Positions 9,157 through 18,038 of a stretch of 64,000 bases of DNA are shown here, one piece after another. Position numbers and translations under genes: made by a program. Source of the DNA: Patescibacteria group bacterium (GTDB lineage Bacteria; Patescibacteriota; JAQUNI01); assembly GCA_028717685.1 (NCBI GenBank), contig JAQUNI010000001.1, forward strand, positions 481,094 through 545,093. Direction: 5' to 3'. The notes under the pieces were generated by a model. That model saw only the letters and a list, made by a program, of their open reading frames with translations, did not search any database and was not told the origin of the DNA. Every line of letters starts with the position of its first letter. The first letter of the stretch is position 1.

Positions 9157-9546
9157 CAACAACATCGGGGTGCCATGGCAGTAATGCCATAACAAAAATC
9201 TGACTTATAACGGTGAAGCCCTAATTCTTTTAATATCTTTTGTGGCATAAGTGATATAATAAGTAAAAGAGATAAATATAAAAGAATGGGTAATACCGTG
9301 GGAAGTTTAACTCAATTTCAAGGCCAAAGTTAAGAAAGATTCTGAATGAAAATATCATTCCATCTATGAAATATAAAATTGAGTTATAACCCCGTAGAGA
9401 CTTGTCCCTAAGGAGGGACGGATAGAAGTGGTGAATCAAATAAATTAAATTACGGCTTCTATAATATGTCAGCCCCCTCACTTTTTAAAGGGGAGGGGTG
9501 AAGATATAGTCCGATCCTCTTAGTAATAAGAGAAAATGCCGACAAG
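9157..9546 (+). ncRNA. Group I intron at 23S position L2500, no homing-endonuclease ORF
   Basis: Exon join restores GGCACCT|CGATGTCGGC. P1 is GGCACCU/GGGUGCC and P10 is ACAUCG/CGAUGU. R motif GTAGAGACT, S motif AAGATATAGTCC, terminal G. Confidence 0.9.
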
Positions 9547-9639
9547 CGATGTCGGCTCGTCGCATCCTGGAGGTGAAGAAGCTTCCAAGGGTTTGACTGT
9601 TCGCCAATTAAAGCGGTACGCGAGCTGGGTTCAAACCGT

Positions 9640-10122
9640 CAACCAAAACCTATTTACTGTTAGATAGGTTTGGCGGCTTCTAGTGGCAACACTAGAATGA
9701 AAAACTGACTCATATCGGTGAAATCCTAGTTGACAATTAACCTGTCGCATACTAGGATAATACCGAGGGAAGTCACGGCCGTACCTCACTATCGTTCGGT
9801 ACGGGCAAATTTTTAATTTTTAATTTTTAATTTTTAATCAATTTTCAATGATTTAATGCTTAAATTTTTAAACTCAATAGAATAGAGAGTTTAAAAATTG
9901 AGTCATTACAAAATTGGAATTTGTTTGAAAATTAGAAATTGAAAATTAGAAATTCCGCCTGAACGCAAGTGAAGTGCGGCTGGTGACCCCGTAGAGACTC
10001 AAGGATAAGAACAATCCTTGGATTTAATCTTTAAAAAAGATTAGATAATACGTCAGTGCTCCAAAAAATTATTTTGGAGTGTGGTATAGTCCATGCCTTG
10101 TGGCAACACGAGGAGAAACATG
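9640..10122 (+). ncRNA. Group I intron at 23S position L2593, ORF-less, with a hairpin insertion in P6
   Basis: Exon join restores AAACCGT|CGTGAGACAG. TATCGGTGAAA and AATACCGAG P4/P5 motifs, GTAGAGACT, GGTATAGTCC, terminal G. Confidence 0.9.
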
Positions 10123-10648
10123 CGTGAGACAGGTTGGTCTCCTATCTGATACAGCCGCATAAAGTCTTGAGGGAGCCCATTTCCAGTACGAGAGGACCGA
10201 AATGGATAGACCTCTGGTGTACCAGTTATCTTACCAAAGGTAAACGCTGGGTAGCTACGTCTAGTTAGGATAAATGCTGAAAGCATATAAGCGTGAAGCC
10301 GTTCCCAAGATTAGGACTTTCCGCCGCAAGGCGGAGGATTTGGTCGGAGAAGACGACCTTGATAGGCTCTAGGTGTAAGTCCTGCAAGGGATTTAGCCGA
10401 GGAGTACTAATAGATCTATTTCAATCATCTTTTGACCCCGTTAGATAAATTTATTTTCAAAAAGCGCATAGACTAAACAAAGTTATAACCCAAAAATTGA
10501 ATTTGAGTTTTAACCTTTTTAGTCTTGCGTTGCACTAGTGTCTTCACAACAAAAATCGGCTTTTAAATTGGCAAGCGTGGTGGTGATGATTGCTGTCTTT
10601 ATTACGATCGTCTTTTTACTGACCCCTCCGGCGATCGGGATGAGGTAA

Positions 10649-10797
10649 ACCCCGTTAGAGAACCTCCTTCTCTAACTCCGTTTAGAAATTTATTTCCAGC
10701 AGGGGCTAACGGTCTGCACTGACGATGATATTAAACCACCGCCAACTTTAAGCGGTAATGACCACCGATTAAAATCGGTAACTTTCTCTAACGGGGT
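10649..10797. repeat. ACCCCGTTAGA...TCTAACGGGGT element in the long 23S-5S spacer
   Basis: Perfect terminal inverted repeats ACCCCGTTAGAGAA / TTCTCTAACGGGGT. Confidence 0.7.
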
Positions 10798-10948
10798 AAA
10801 AAACCCCAAAAATCCTGAAAGAATTTTTGGGTGACCCCTGAAGAAAAGCCCCACAAAATTATAGATTTTATGGGGGACCCCTGAAAAACCCCAATCAATC
10901 CCTATAATCAACGGAGATCTGTGAGCTAGAATGAATTAACTAATAGCT

Positions 10949-11066
10949 CTTCGGTGATTCTAGCGGAGGGGTTCCACTTGTTCCCATTTCGAACACAAAA
11001 GTTAAGCCCTCCAGCGCCGATGGTAGTGCCTCCCACGGGAGGCGCAAGAGTAGGTCATTGCCGGAA
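10949..11066 (+). rRNA. rrf: 5S rRNA
   Basis: TAGCGGAGGGG..CCAC, CCCATTTCGAACAC, GTTAAGCCCTCCAGCGCCGATGGTAGTG, GAGTAGGTCATTGCCG. Confidence 0.93.
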
Positions 11067-11071
11067 TTATC

Positions 11072-11104
11072 AAAAAAGACCTTGAATAGATTAAGGTCTT
11101 TTTT
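11072..11104. terminator. Bidirectional intrinsic terminator after 5S
   Basis: AAAAAAGACCTT-loop-AAGGTCTTTTTT. Confidence 0.8.
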
Positions 11105-11166
11105 GATTTTTCGGAAACAATAAAAAAGAGTATCCTTAATTCCCTCCGGGATACTCATAAACTTCT

Positions 11167-12087
11167 TCAATGTCTCTTAGATTTTGGTTTCCTTTTTATG
11201 CGTTGGCTGATAAACTCTGAATGATATTTTAATGGTTTCCCATAGCTAATCAAAGCTTCAACTAAATAACCTCCGGTGGTAATACTATTTTTATCACAGC
11301 CATTTTTAAAAGTACCAGGTCGCACTACTTGAATGCCATATTTTTTAAATGACCCCCGTCCATGACGGTGTCCGATTTGTAAAACTAAAACACTTACAGT
11401 CCAACTCCGCCCGTCTATGCTAACTTTTTTGCCATCTTTTAATACCTCTGATTGCAGGAAATCTCCAGCGCTTTTACCATTGGTTAAATGGACCATTATT
11501 ATCGCTGTACCAGCAATAATAACATTGCATTCCAGACTGTTCAGGTAATAAAAATTATGCATCCACTTTTCAAGCATAATCAGAGGATTGACTAGCCCTG
11601 CTTTCTCTACCGCTACCGTGTGATTACCTTTGTTCCCAATATATGTTAAAGGGTACACTGATAAAACATCACAAAGCCTTTTTGCTTGATCTATAGGGGC
11701 AAGGTACCGTAATTGGCTTTCCTGCCCCGGATACAAACCCTCTATTAAATCTCCACTGATAAAAACATATTTACAGCCCTCGTCCTGAGCCGTCCTCAAA
11801 AAATGGCGCAAGCCTGCTTCATCAAAAAATACTGACCCGCAATGCAAATCTGAAGCCGCACCCCATTTTAAGATACACTCTCCTTTTTCTGCTTCGCTAA
11901 TTACCAGAGAAGCACTGTCATCTTGCGCTGGTATATAGTATTTATCACCCCCATCGCTATCCTGCACACGAACTGGATAACCCAAAGCAGACATCTCCAA
12001 GATTTCTGATCCGGTTAGGTCCAACTCCTTGAGACTACAAGGATTATTAAACATTCTTTGCGCAGCCGATTCTATGGACACGGGCAT
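11167..12087 (-). CDS. Calcineurin-like metallophosphoesterase
   Basis: Motifs SDLH.GS, SGDLIEG, GNH, H and GHRH in the canonical order. Confidence 0.8.
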   Translation of the reverse strand: MPVSIESAAQRMFNNPCSLKELDLTGSEILEMSALGYPVRVQDSDGGDKYYIPAQDDSASLVISEAEKGECILKWGAASDLHCGSVFFDEAGLRHFLRTAQDEGCKYVFISGDLIEGLYPGQESQLRYLAPIDQAKRLCDVLSVYPLTYIGNKGNHTVAVEKAGLVNPLIMLEKWMHNFYYLNSLECNVIIAGTAIIMVHLTNGKSAGDFLQSEVLKDGKKVSIDGRSWTVSVLVLQIGHRHGRGSFKKYGIQVVRPGTFKNGCDKNSITTGGYLVEALISYGKPLKYHSEFISQRIKRKPKSKRH

Positions 12088-12232
12088 CCTCCTTAAAGCT
12101 CATGGAAAGAACATGCTTTAATAACTTTTTACATCTATGCGCCACATATCTCAAAAATAAACTATCCCAGTTAATATGTCAAACCTATTAGCCCCTCACC
12201 TAGAAAAGATAGAAATCGTGTAGGTGAAGGGT

Positions 12233-12261
12233 TTGACTTTACGACTTTAAAAAATTATGAT
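12233..12261 (+). promoter_or_regulatory. Sigma70-type promoter for the tRNA-Ser locus
   Basis: TTGACT, 17 bp, TATGAT; abuts the right end of a CCCCTCACC...GGTGAAGGGT element. Confidence 0.6.
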
Positions 12262-12267
12262 GAGAGA

Positions 12268-12303
12268 GGAAGGGTCGCATAGTGGTCTAGTGCGGCGCAC
12301 TCG
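12268..12303 (+). pseudogene. 5' half of a tRNA-Ser(CGA)-like gene, broken at the anticodon by REP-like palindromes
   Basis: GGAAGGG-TC-GCATAGTGGTCTAGTGCG-GCGCA-CTCG, then CCCCGAGATAAACTCGGGG and CCACGGGTTTATCCCGTGG. Confidence 0.55.
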
Positions 12304-12381
12304 CCCCGAGATAAACTCGGGGCGCCACGGGTTTATCCCGTGGCGAAAAATTTATATGTTTATTATATAATATAATTCAAT

Positions 12382-12468
12382 GGAGAGGTGGCCGAGTGGC
12401 TTAAGGCGACGGTCTCGAACACCGTTTGGGTCTAAAAGCCCACGTGGGTTCAAATCCCACCCTCTCCG
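12382..12468 (+). tRNA. tRNA-Ser(CGA)
   Basis: GGAGAGG/CCTCTCC-G acceptor, ACGGT-CT CGA AC-ACCGT, long variable arm. Confidence 0.93.
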
Positions 12469-12565
12469 CCTTCGGTCCGCCGAAGTCCGCCTCAGGCGGA
12501 CGAAGGCGACCTTCGCCCGCCCTTAAGAAGCATTTATAAAAACTTAAAAATTAACAACAAGTATT

Positions 12566-12979
12566 ATGAAAATAGGAATAATCGGCTCAATGCAATTTAC
12601 CGAAAAAATGCTTGAGGTAAGAGAAAAACTGCGGGAATTGGGTCATGATGCTTTTCTCACAGATTCACATAAAGCAATGGTGGGTAAGACCGATGACGAG
12701 ATTGAAAAAATCAAGCTTCATCAAAAATACAATATGGACGCCATTCGTAAATTCTGGAAAATGATGCAGGGAGCTGACGCTGTTCTTATTTTGAATCTTG
12801 ATAAGAACGGCATCAAAAATTATATTGGGGGAAATACCTTAATGGAAATCGGTTTTGCCCATGTTCTGAATCAAAGAATCTTTATGTTAAACCCAATTCC
12901 CGAAATGCCATATTGCAAAACTGAAATTGAAGCTGTAAAGCCGATTATTCTTAATGGAGATTTAACAAAAATAAAGTAG
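12566..12979 (+). CDS. Nucleoside 2-deoxyribosyltransferase-like Rossmannoid protein
   Basis: MKI.I.GSM.F, ADAVLILN, YIGGNTLMEIGFA pattern. Confidence 0.65.
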   Translation: MKIGIIGSMQFTEKMLEVREKLRELGHDAFLTDSHKAMVGKTDDEIEKIKLHQKYNMDAIRKFWKMMQGADAVLILNLDKNGIKNYIGGNTLMEIGFAHVLNQRIFMLNPIPEMPYCKTEIEAVKPIILNGDLTKIK

Positions 12980-12986
12980 GCAGTGA

Positions 12987-13066
12987 GGAAATGCTGGTTT
13001 AAGTGCGTATAATATTCAAGAATTTGTATTCTTTATAAACACAACGCGTATAACAATGAGTTATGT
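12987..13066 (+). promoter_or_regulatory. attI-like site with promoter -10 (copy 1)
   Basis: GCGTATAATATTCAAG ... ATAAC-AATGA-GTTAT simple site; GTT at 13060 begins a cassette. Confidence 0.55.
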
Positions 13067-13109
13067 AAAATTACCAATAAATTTACACTCTAAAATTTAA
13101 CATTATTTT

Positions 13110-13814
13110 ATGTCAGACAAAACTGAAGGGACATTTGTCCCAGAACAAGAAAAAAGGAGGGGTATAGAAGTCCTAAATTTGCCAGAAGTTAGAGTAAGCT
13201 CTGCTTCATTCGCTAGAATTCGTGATAGCCAAGGAAGATACGCGCTTCTTGTAAACAAAAATAGGGCAAAAAAGGGAGACATCTTACTAACTCCGATTGG
13301 TGGCGCAATTGAAACCACTGAAGAAGGTTTACAAACCCTTCAACAACTTCTTGAAATTGAAAAAATTGCGTTTGAAAAAGGAAATGATTTACGCTTCCGT
13401 ATGCCAGGAAAAAAAGCCAATGAATTTAGGGCATGGTTTCTTCAAAGACAACAGAGAGAGACGAACCCAATAAGAGAAGTTGTTGAAGAACTTGTTGATG
13501 AGGCAGAGCTATTAAAAAGAGAAGATCTTGGTGAGCTTCAGTGTGGCTTGGTCGGCTTTGATGCTGAGCTGGAGGAAACAACACGTATAGGGCAAGAAGG
13601 GCAAATGACCCTGCGCTTGTTGGAAATATTTGAGGCAGGATTAAAAGCTGAAATTATAACTAAATTAGAAGAATTATCTAATCAACCAAACGCAGTTATC
13701 TATTTTGTAACCGCCGAAGAAATACAAGCTGGACAAACTAATGATGGAATTAAGATTAGTAAATCATCCAACTCTCTGCTGAATCCAAAAAAAACGATAG
13801 AACCGTTCATATAA
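13110..13814 (+). CDS. Stand-alone SMODS-associated NUDIX-like protein, carried as a gene cassette
   Basis: VRVS.A...RI....GRYALL, PIGG, DLRF..PG.....F..WF....RE..P.RE..EEL pattern, recognised from memory. Confidence 0.65.
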   Translation: MSDKTEGTFVPEQEKRRGIEVLNLPEVRVSSASFARIRDSQGRYALLVNKNRAKKGDILLTPIGGAIETTEEGLQTLQQLLEIEKIAFEKGNDLRFRMPGKKANEFRAWFLQRQQRETNPIREVVEELVDEAELLKREDLGELQCGLVGFDAELEETTRIGQEGQMTLRLLEIFEAGLKAEIITKLEELSNQPNAVIYFVTAEEIQAGQTNDGIKISKSSNSLLNPKKTIEPFI

Positions 13815-13830
13815 ATTTATTGGCAACATT

Positions 13831-13918
13831 ACATAACAGCATATATCTGGCTCGCTCCCTGCAGTCAATTGACTCATATTCACTTCAGGTGGACATCAGA
13901 TATACACAAACGTTGAAT
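13831..13918 (+). mobile_element. attC-like recombination site 1
   Basis: ACATAAC ... GTTGAAT outer boxes, TATATCTG/CAGATATA inner boxes. Confidence 0.7.
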
Positions 13919-14012
13919 AAAATACCACTTACATTTCAAGGGGTGGAATTCAAATTGATGATAAATTTATAAAATCGCATTAGAAAATTATTAACTACTA
14001 ACGAAAAAACAA

Positions 14013-14351
14013 ATGGAAAACTTGGAACAAGAGAGTGGAGATATTCATACCAAAGAAGTTGAGAGGAACAATATTGATATCGAAGAAATCAAAAGGTTTT
14101 ATGATGTGATAGGCACCAAAATGCGTAATTTCACAAGACCATCCGGAAAACTGAATGTGGAAGCCTATGGAAGATTTATGGATTTTATGGATAAATTGGA
14201 AGAGAAATACGGGAAAGAAGAATTACGAAAATATGCGGCATGGCAGGCGGCAAGCGGCAGCAGTATTTTAGAGGACGAATTTATTGACATCACGGGGCTT
14301 GATCTTCCGGGTGAAGATTCCATAGAGAATTTTTTTGACTCACAAAAATGA
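14013..14351 (+). CDS. Hypothetical acidic protein (paralog 1)
   Basis: 112-aa ORF with a near-colinear paralog at 14514. Confidence 0.75.
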   Translation: MENLEQESGDIHTKEVERNNIDIEEIKRFYDVIGTKMRNFTRPSGKLNVEAYGRFMDFMDKLEEKYGKEELRKYAAWQAASGSSILEDEFIDITGLDLPGEDSIENFFDSQK

Positions 14352-14366
14352 GCTGTCCGCCAATTA

Positions 14367-14446
14367 GGGAACGCCAGTTTAAGCGCGTATAATATTCAAG
14401 AATTAAGATTTTTTCAGAAAACAATTCATATAAGAACGAGTTAAAC
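14367..14446 (+). promoter_or_regulatory. attI-like site with promoter -10 (copy 2)
   Basis: Colinear with copy 1: both TATAAT and GTT are offset by exactly 1380 bp. Confidence 0.5.
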
Positions 14447-14513
14447 GAAATTTTGCTCAACAAATATTTTTTATTTTTTATTAAAAAATTATTAACTACT
14501 AACGAAAAAACAA

Positions 14514-14852
14514 ATGGAAAACTTGGAACAAGAGAGTGGAAATATCTATACCGAAAAAATTGAGAGGAACAATATTGATATCGAAGAAATCAAAAGGTTT
14601 TATGATATGATAAGAACCAAAATGGAGAATGCCATAAGTCCATCCGGAGAACTGAGCGAGGAAGCCTGGGACAAACTTACGGATTTTATTCAACAATTGA
14701 AAAACAAATACGGGCAAGAAGAATTACAAAAATGCGCGGCATTCCATGCGGCAACCGGCAGTGGTATTCCCGAGGGTAAATTGGTTGATATCACAAGGCT
14801 TGATTTTCCGGGCGGAGATTCCATAGAGGATTTTTTGGACTCGCAAAAATGA
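14514..14852 (+). CDS. Hypothetical acidic protein (paralog 2)
   Basis: Same length and same leader sequence as 14013-14351. Confidence 0.75.
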   Translation: MENLEQESGNIYTEKIERNNIDIEEIKRFYDMIRTKMENAISPSGELSEEAWDKLTDFIQQLKNKYGQEELQKCAAFHAATGSGIPEGKLVDITRLDFPGGDSIEDFLDSQK

Positions 14853-14905
14853 ACAGGCTCGGATAATATTTTTCCTATCGGCAAAATAAAACTTTTCATT
14901 ACATC

Positions 14906-14999
14906 CAGTGACAGTATATATCTGGCTCGCTTATTATAGTCACTCGAATCATATCCACCTAAGGCGGACATCAGATACACGTACACGCAAATATTGTGC
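14906..14999 (+). mobile_element. Degenerate attC-like site 2
   Basis: Homologous to site 1 (TATATCTGGCTCGCT ... GGACATCAGATA); AAC changed to GAC and GTT to ATT. Confidence 0.55.
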
Positions 15000-15019
15000 G
15001 CAATCAACAACCTAAAATT

Positions 15020-15808
15020 ATGGATCAAAGCATACTTACAGAATGTGGAAAATTTGCAACCGAGTTGGCGAAAAACGCAGGAAGTCTGATCAAAAAACAC
15101 TTTGAGCAAAAATTAAATAAGACCAAAAAGGATAAAGAAGAAAGGAATTTTGTCACAAGAGCAGACCTTGAGTCAGAGGAATTCATCATCAACAGTATCA
15201 AAAAGGAATTTCCTGACCATAATATCTTAGCCGAGGAATCTGGGTCTCTCACGTCTCTATCAGGGTTTATTTGGATAGTTGATCCTCTTGATGGAACAAC
15301 AAACTTTTCAAGAAATTTGCCATTTTTCACGATTTCTATCGCACTCGCAAAAAATGATCGGGTTATTCTAGGCATTGTATATCAACCAATCAATGACGAG
15401 TTGTTTTATGCTGAAAAGGGAAAGGGAGCGTTCCTGAATGCAAAAAGAATTATCGTATCTGAAAATCACTCCTTATCAAAATCAATAGTCTCTCAAAGCT
15501 TTGATTATTCTAATAAAAAGAGAAGAGACAATATCAAAAATATACAGAAAATCTTCTTTTTGATTGAAGGTTTCAGATTGCTTCATTCAACCGCGTTGGA
15601 ACTTTGTTATGTTGCATCGGGACGATATGATGGATATATGATCTCAAGCGCAAACCCATGGGACATTGCGGCTGGGGCATTAATCGTGGAAGAAGCTGGT
15701 GGATCTGTGACTAAATTTGATGGTACACAATGGGAATTGATGCGCCCAAGGATTGTTGCTACGAATGGATTAATTCACAAAGAACTTCTAAAGAAAATAA
15801 ATACCTAG
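15020..15808 (+). CDS. Inositol monophosphatase family (SuhB-like), carried as a gene cassette
   Basis: FVTRAD..SE, LAEE, WIVDPLDGTTNF, PWDIAAG.LIVEEAGG. Confidence 0.9.
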   Translation: MDQSILTECGKFATELAKNAGSLIKKHFEQKLNKTKKDKEERNFVTRADLESEEFIINSIKKEFPDHNILAEESGSLTSLSGFIWIVDPLDGTTNFSRNLPFFTISIALAKNDRVILGIVYQPINDELFYAEKGKGAFLNAKRIIVSENHSLSKSIVSQSFDYSNKKRRDNIKNIQKIFFLIEGFRLLHSTALELCYVASGRYDGYMISSANPWDIAAGALIVEEAGGSVTKFDGTQWELMRPRIVATNGLIHKELLKKINT

Positions 15809-15822
15809 CAAGGATTGACTGC

Positions 15823-15912
15823 GCCCAACAGCGACTATGCGGTTTCGCTCCCTTGCAGTCGCTCCACCCACATTCACTTCAGGCGGACATCGGATATCCG
15901 CGAACGTTATTG
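15823..15912 (+). mobile_element. attC-like site 3
   Basis: GCCCAAC ... GTTATTG; shares TCGCTCCC.TGCAGTC and ATTCACTTCAGG.GGACATC with site 1. Confidence 0.7.
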
Positions 15913-15997
15913 GCGATCTTTCGGGCTTAAAGAAAGGAGATAAGAAAGATTTGTTATTCATTATTTAAATAACAATGTTAAAAACATCGGAGGGTAT

Positions 15998-17998
15998 ATG
16001 AAAAAAATTCTAATCTTATTCTGCGCTCTAGTGGCTATTTTTTGGGCTATCCCAGTAATTCCAGATGCCAAAGCCGAGGACTTACCGAGCGGGGTTATTC
16101 CTAAACTGCCCAAGACGGCGAATGACCCTATTCTTTCCGAAGGCAAAATTTATCCTTTTTGGGGACCAGTATGCCAAAGATACACTTATTCTGTAATTTA
16201 CAGCGATAAAGAAGGCAGGACGCCGGAATATGTTAAGATTTATTTCAACGGCAAAATGATAGATATGGAAAAAGCGGACGCGAACGATAATAATTACAAA
16301 AAAGGAGTGAAATATATTTACAAGAATGTTCCGAATAAATTTGGTTCTAATTTTTATTATTTTGAGGCTTCAAATGGACTGGGCAAGACGCGCGATTCAA
16401 TTATTGACTCGCCAGATAACGGACCAGTGCTTTTTGATGCTGATTTTAAAGAGAATGAAATTATTTTGATTGATCCTGAAAGTGGAAACCTAAAGTGGCG
16501 CTATCCAATTCAAGAAGAGTGGGTCGGCGGAGTCGCGCTGTCTGATGATGGCAGATACTTGGCGGCGCAAACTTCCAATCATATTTACTTTTTTGACACG
16601 GAAAAAAGTGAGCCTTCTTGGAGCTATCAAAGTCCGACCGGCGGCGCGATAGGCGGAGATGTTAAAGGCGGAGTAGCGATTTCCGCTCGCGGCGATAAAA
16701 TTTTTGCCGCTTTAAACGGTAAGGCGTTGATGTTTGATCAAAACTCTAATCAGCCTATCTGGACCTATAATTTAGGTAATAATGGCGGAGGCGCTTATGG
16801 CGTGGACATTGCTAAAAACGGTGCATACGCGGCAGTGGCAATGGCTGGTTCGGAAGAAGACCTAAATAGCAATGTTTTGATCTTATTTGACGCCAAGGAT
16901 AAAAAGTTATGGCAATATCATTCCGCGGGCAACTGGCATGAGGTTAATTTATCACAAGATGGTTCATATATTGCCGGATCAACAGGTTGTCCGGATCGAA
17001 GGGGTTATCTTTTTACTAAAGACTCGGCTGAACCAATAATCAAGTCTGAACCTTTATCTAAAGAATCGCCAATTGACGAAACGCGAATATCGGCAGATGG
17101 CAGTTTAATCGCTTTCGGGGTTGAGTCAGGTTATGGTGCGATTGTTTTAATGGACGCGCAAAAAAAGGAAATTTTATGGAAATATGAAACTTCCCAGGGA
17201 ACATCTGTACGCGCGTTAGCAATGGCACCTAGTGGAAACTTGATTGGCGCTGGCACTTTTGGCGGCGATATTTTAATTTTTGAAAAAAATTCAAATAAGC
17301 CGATTGAAAAATTAAAAATTAATTCCACAATCGGCGCTTTTGATATAACGGATGATGGATTACTTTTTGCGACTGGTTCGGCTGATAAGAAAATCCGGGT
17401 ATTTGAAAAGGGAGCTGGCAAAGCAAAAGCGGAAATTTCAGCGAATGAATACGTCGGAGAATTAGATATCGCGGCAAATGGAAAATATTTAGCCGCAGGC
17501 ACAAGCGGCGCGGTATATTTTTTTGAAACGATCAGGGATTTGGAAAATAAGGGAGTTTTTGCCTGCAAGGAAATTATAGAACCCAAAGCAGAAGACACTA
17601 CATTGTTCGGTGGACAAAATAGCGGGAATAATTTGGCGGACAGTGCAGATAATCAAGAAAAACCAGTGAAAAAAGAAACGTCTTCTTGGCTTACGCGGGG
17701 CGCGATAATTTTTGGAGGAATATTGATAATTGCGCTTTTTGGCTACATTTTGATTTGCCGCAAACGCGCGCGACCGCCCAAAAAGTTGATTATCATTTTA
17801 ATATCATTTTCAATAATACTGGCTTTGATAGTTGTTTTTTACTTTGGACAATGGAAAAATGTTGAATCTGATAAAAGCTTAGATCAAGGCCAAATTAAAA
17901 AAGAAGGGCAGGAAAATATCTGTGGAAATACTTTGTGCGAGCCCAATTTGGGGGAAACAAAGGAGAATTGCGCCAAAGACTGCTTAGGCGGGGAATAA
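15998..17998 (+). CDS. Secreted, membrane-anchored WD40/PQQ-like beta-propeller protein with a C-terminal Cys-rich motif
   Basis: Signal peptide, repeated V.LS.DG.Y.A and W.Y blades, two C-terminal TM helices, CGNTLCE...ETKENCAKDC. Confidence 0.8.
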   Translation: MKKILILFCALVAIFWAIPVIPDAKAEDLPSGVIPKLPKTANDPILSEGKIYPFWGPVCQRYTYSVIYSDKEGRTPEYVKIYFNGKMIDMEKADANDNNYKKGVKYIYKNVPNKFGSNFYYFEASNGLGKTRDSIIDSPDNGPVLFDADFKENEIILIDPESGNLKWRYPIQEEWVGGVALSDDGRYLAAQTSNHIYFFDTEKSEPSWSYQSPTGGAIGGDVKGGVAISARGDKIFAALNGKALMFDQNSNQPIWTYNLGNNGGGAYGVDIAKNGAYAAVAMAGSEEDLNSNVLILFDAKDKKLWQYHSAGNWHEVNLSQDGSYIAGSTGCPDRRGYLFTKDSAEPIIKSEPLSKESPIDETRISADGSLIAFGVESGYGAIVLMDAQKKEILWKYETSQGTSVRALAMAPSGNLIGAGTFGGDILIFEKNSNKPIEKLKINSTIGAFDITDDGLLFATGSADKKIRVFEKGAGKAKAEISANEYVGELDIAANGKYLAAGTSGAVYFFETIRDLENKGVFACKEIIEPKAEDTTLFGGQNSGNNLADSADNQEKPVKKETSSWLTRGAIIFGGILIIALFGYILICRKRARPPKKLIIILISFSIILALIVVFYFGQWKNVESDKSLDQGQIKKEGQENICGNTLCEPNLGETKENCAKDCLGGE

Positions 17999-18038
17999 AT
18001 AGTCAATTAATTTTAAAAATAAAAACATCGGAGGTTAT

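Noticed and set aside
9230-9481. 83-aa minus-strand ORF in the L2500 intron as a homing endonuclease
   Set aside because: It is antisense, overlaps the ribozyme core, and has no LAGLIDADG, GIY-YIG or HNH motif.
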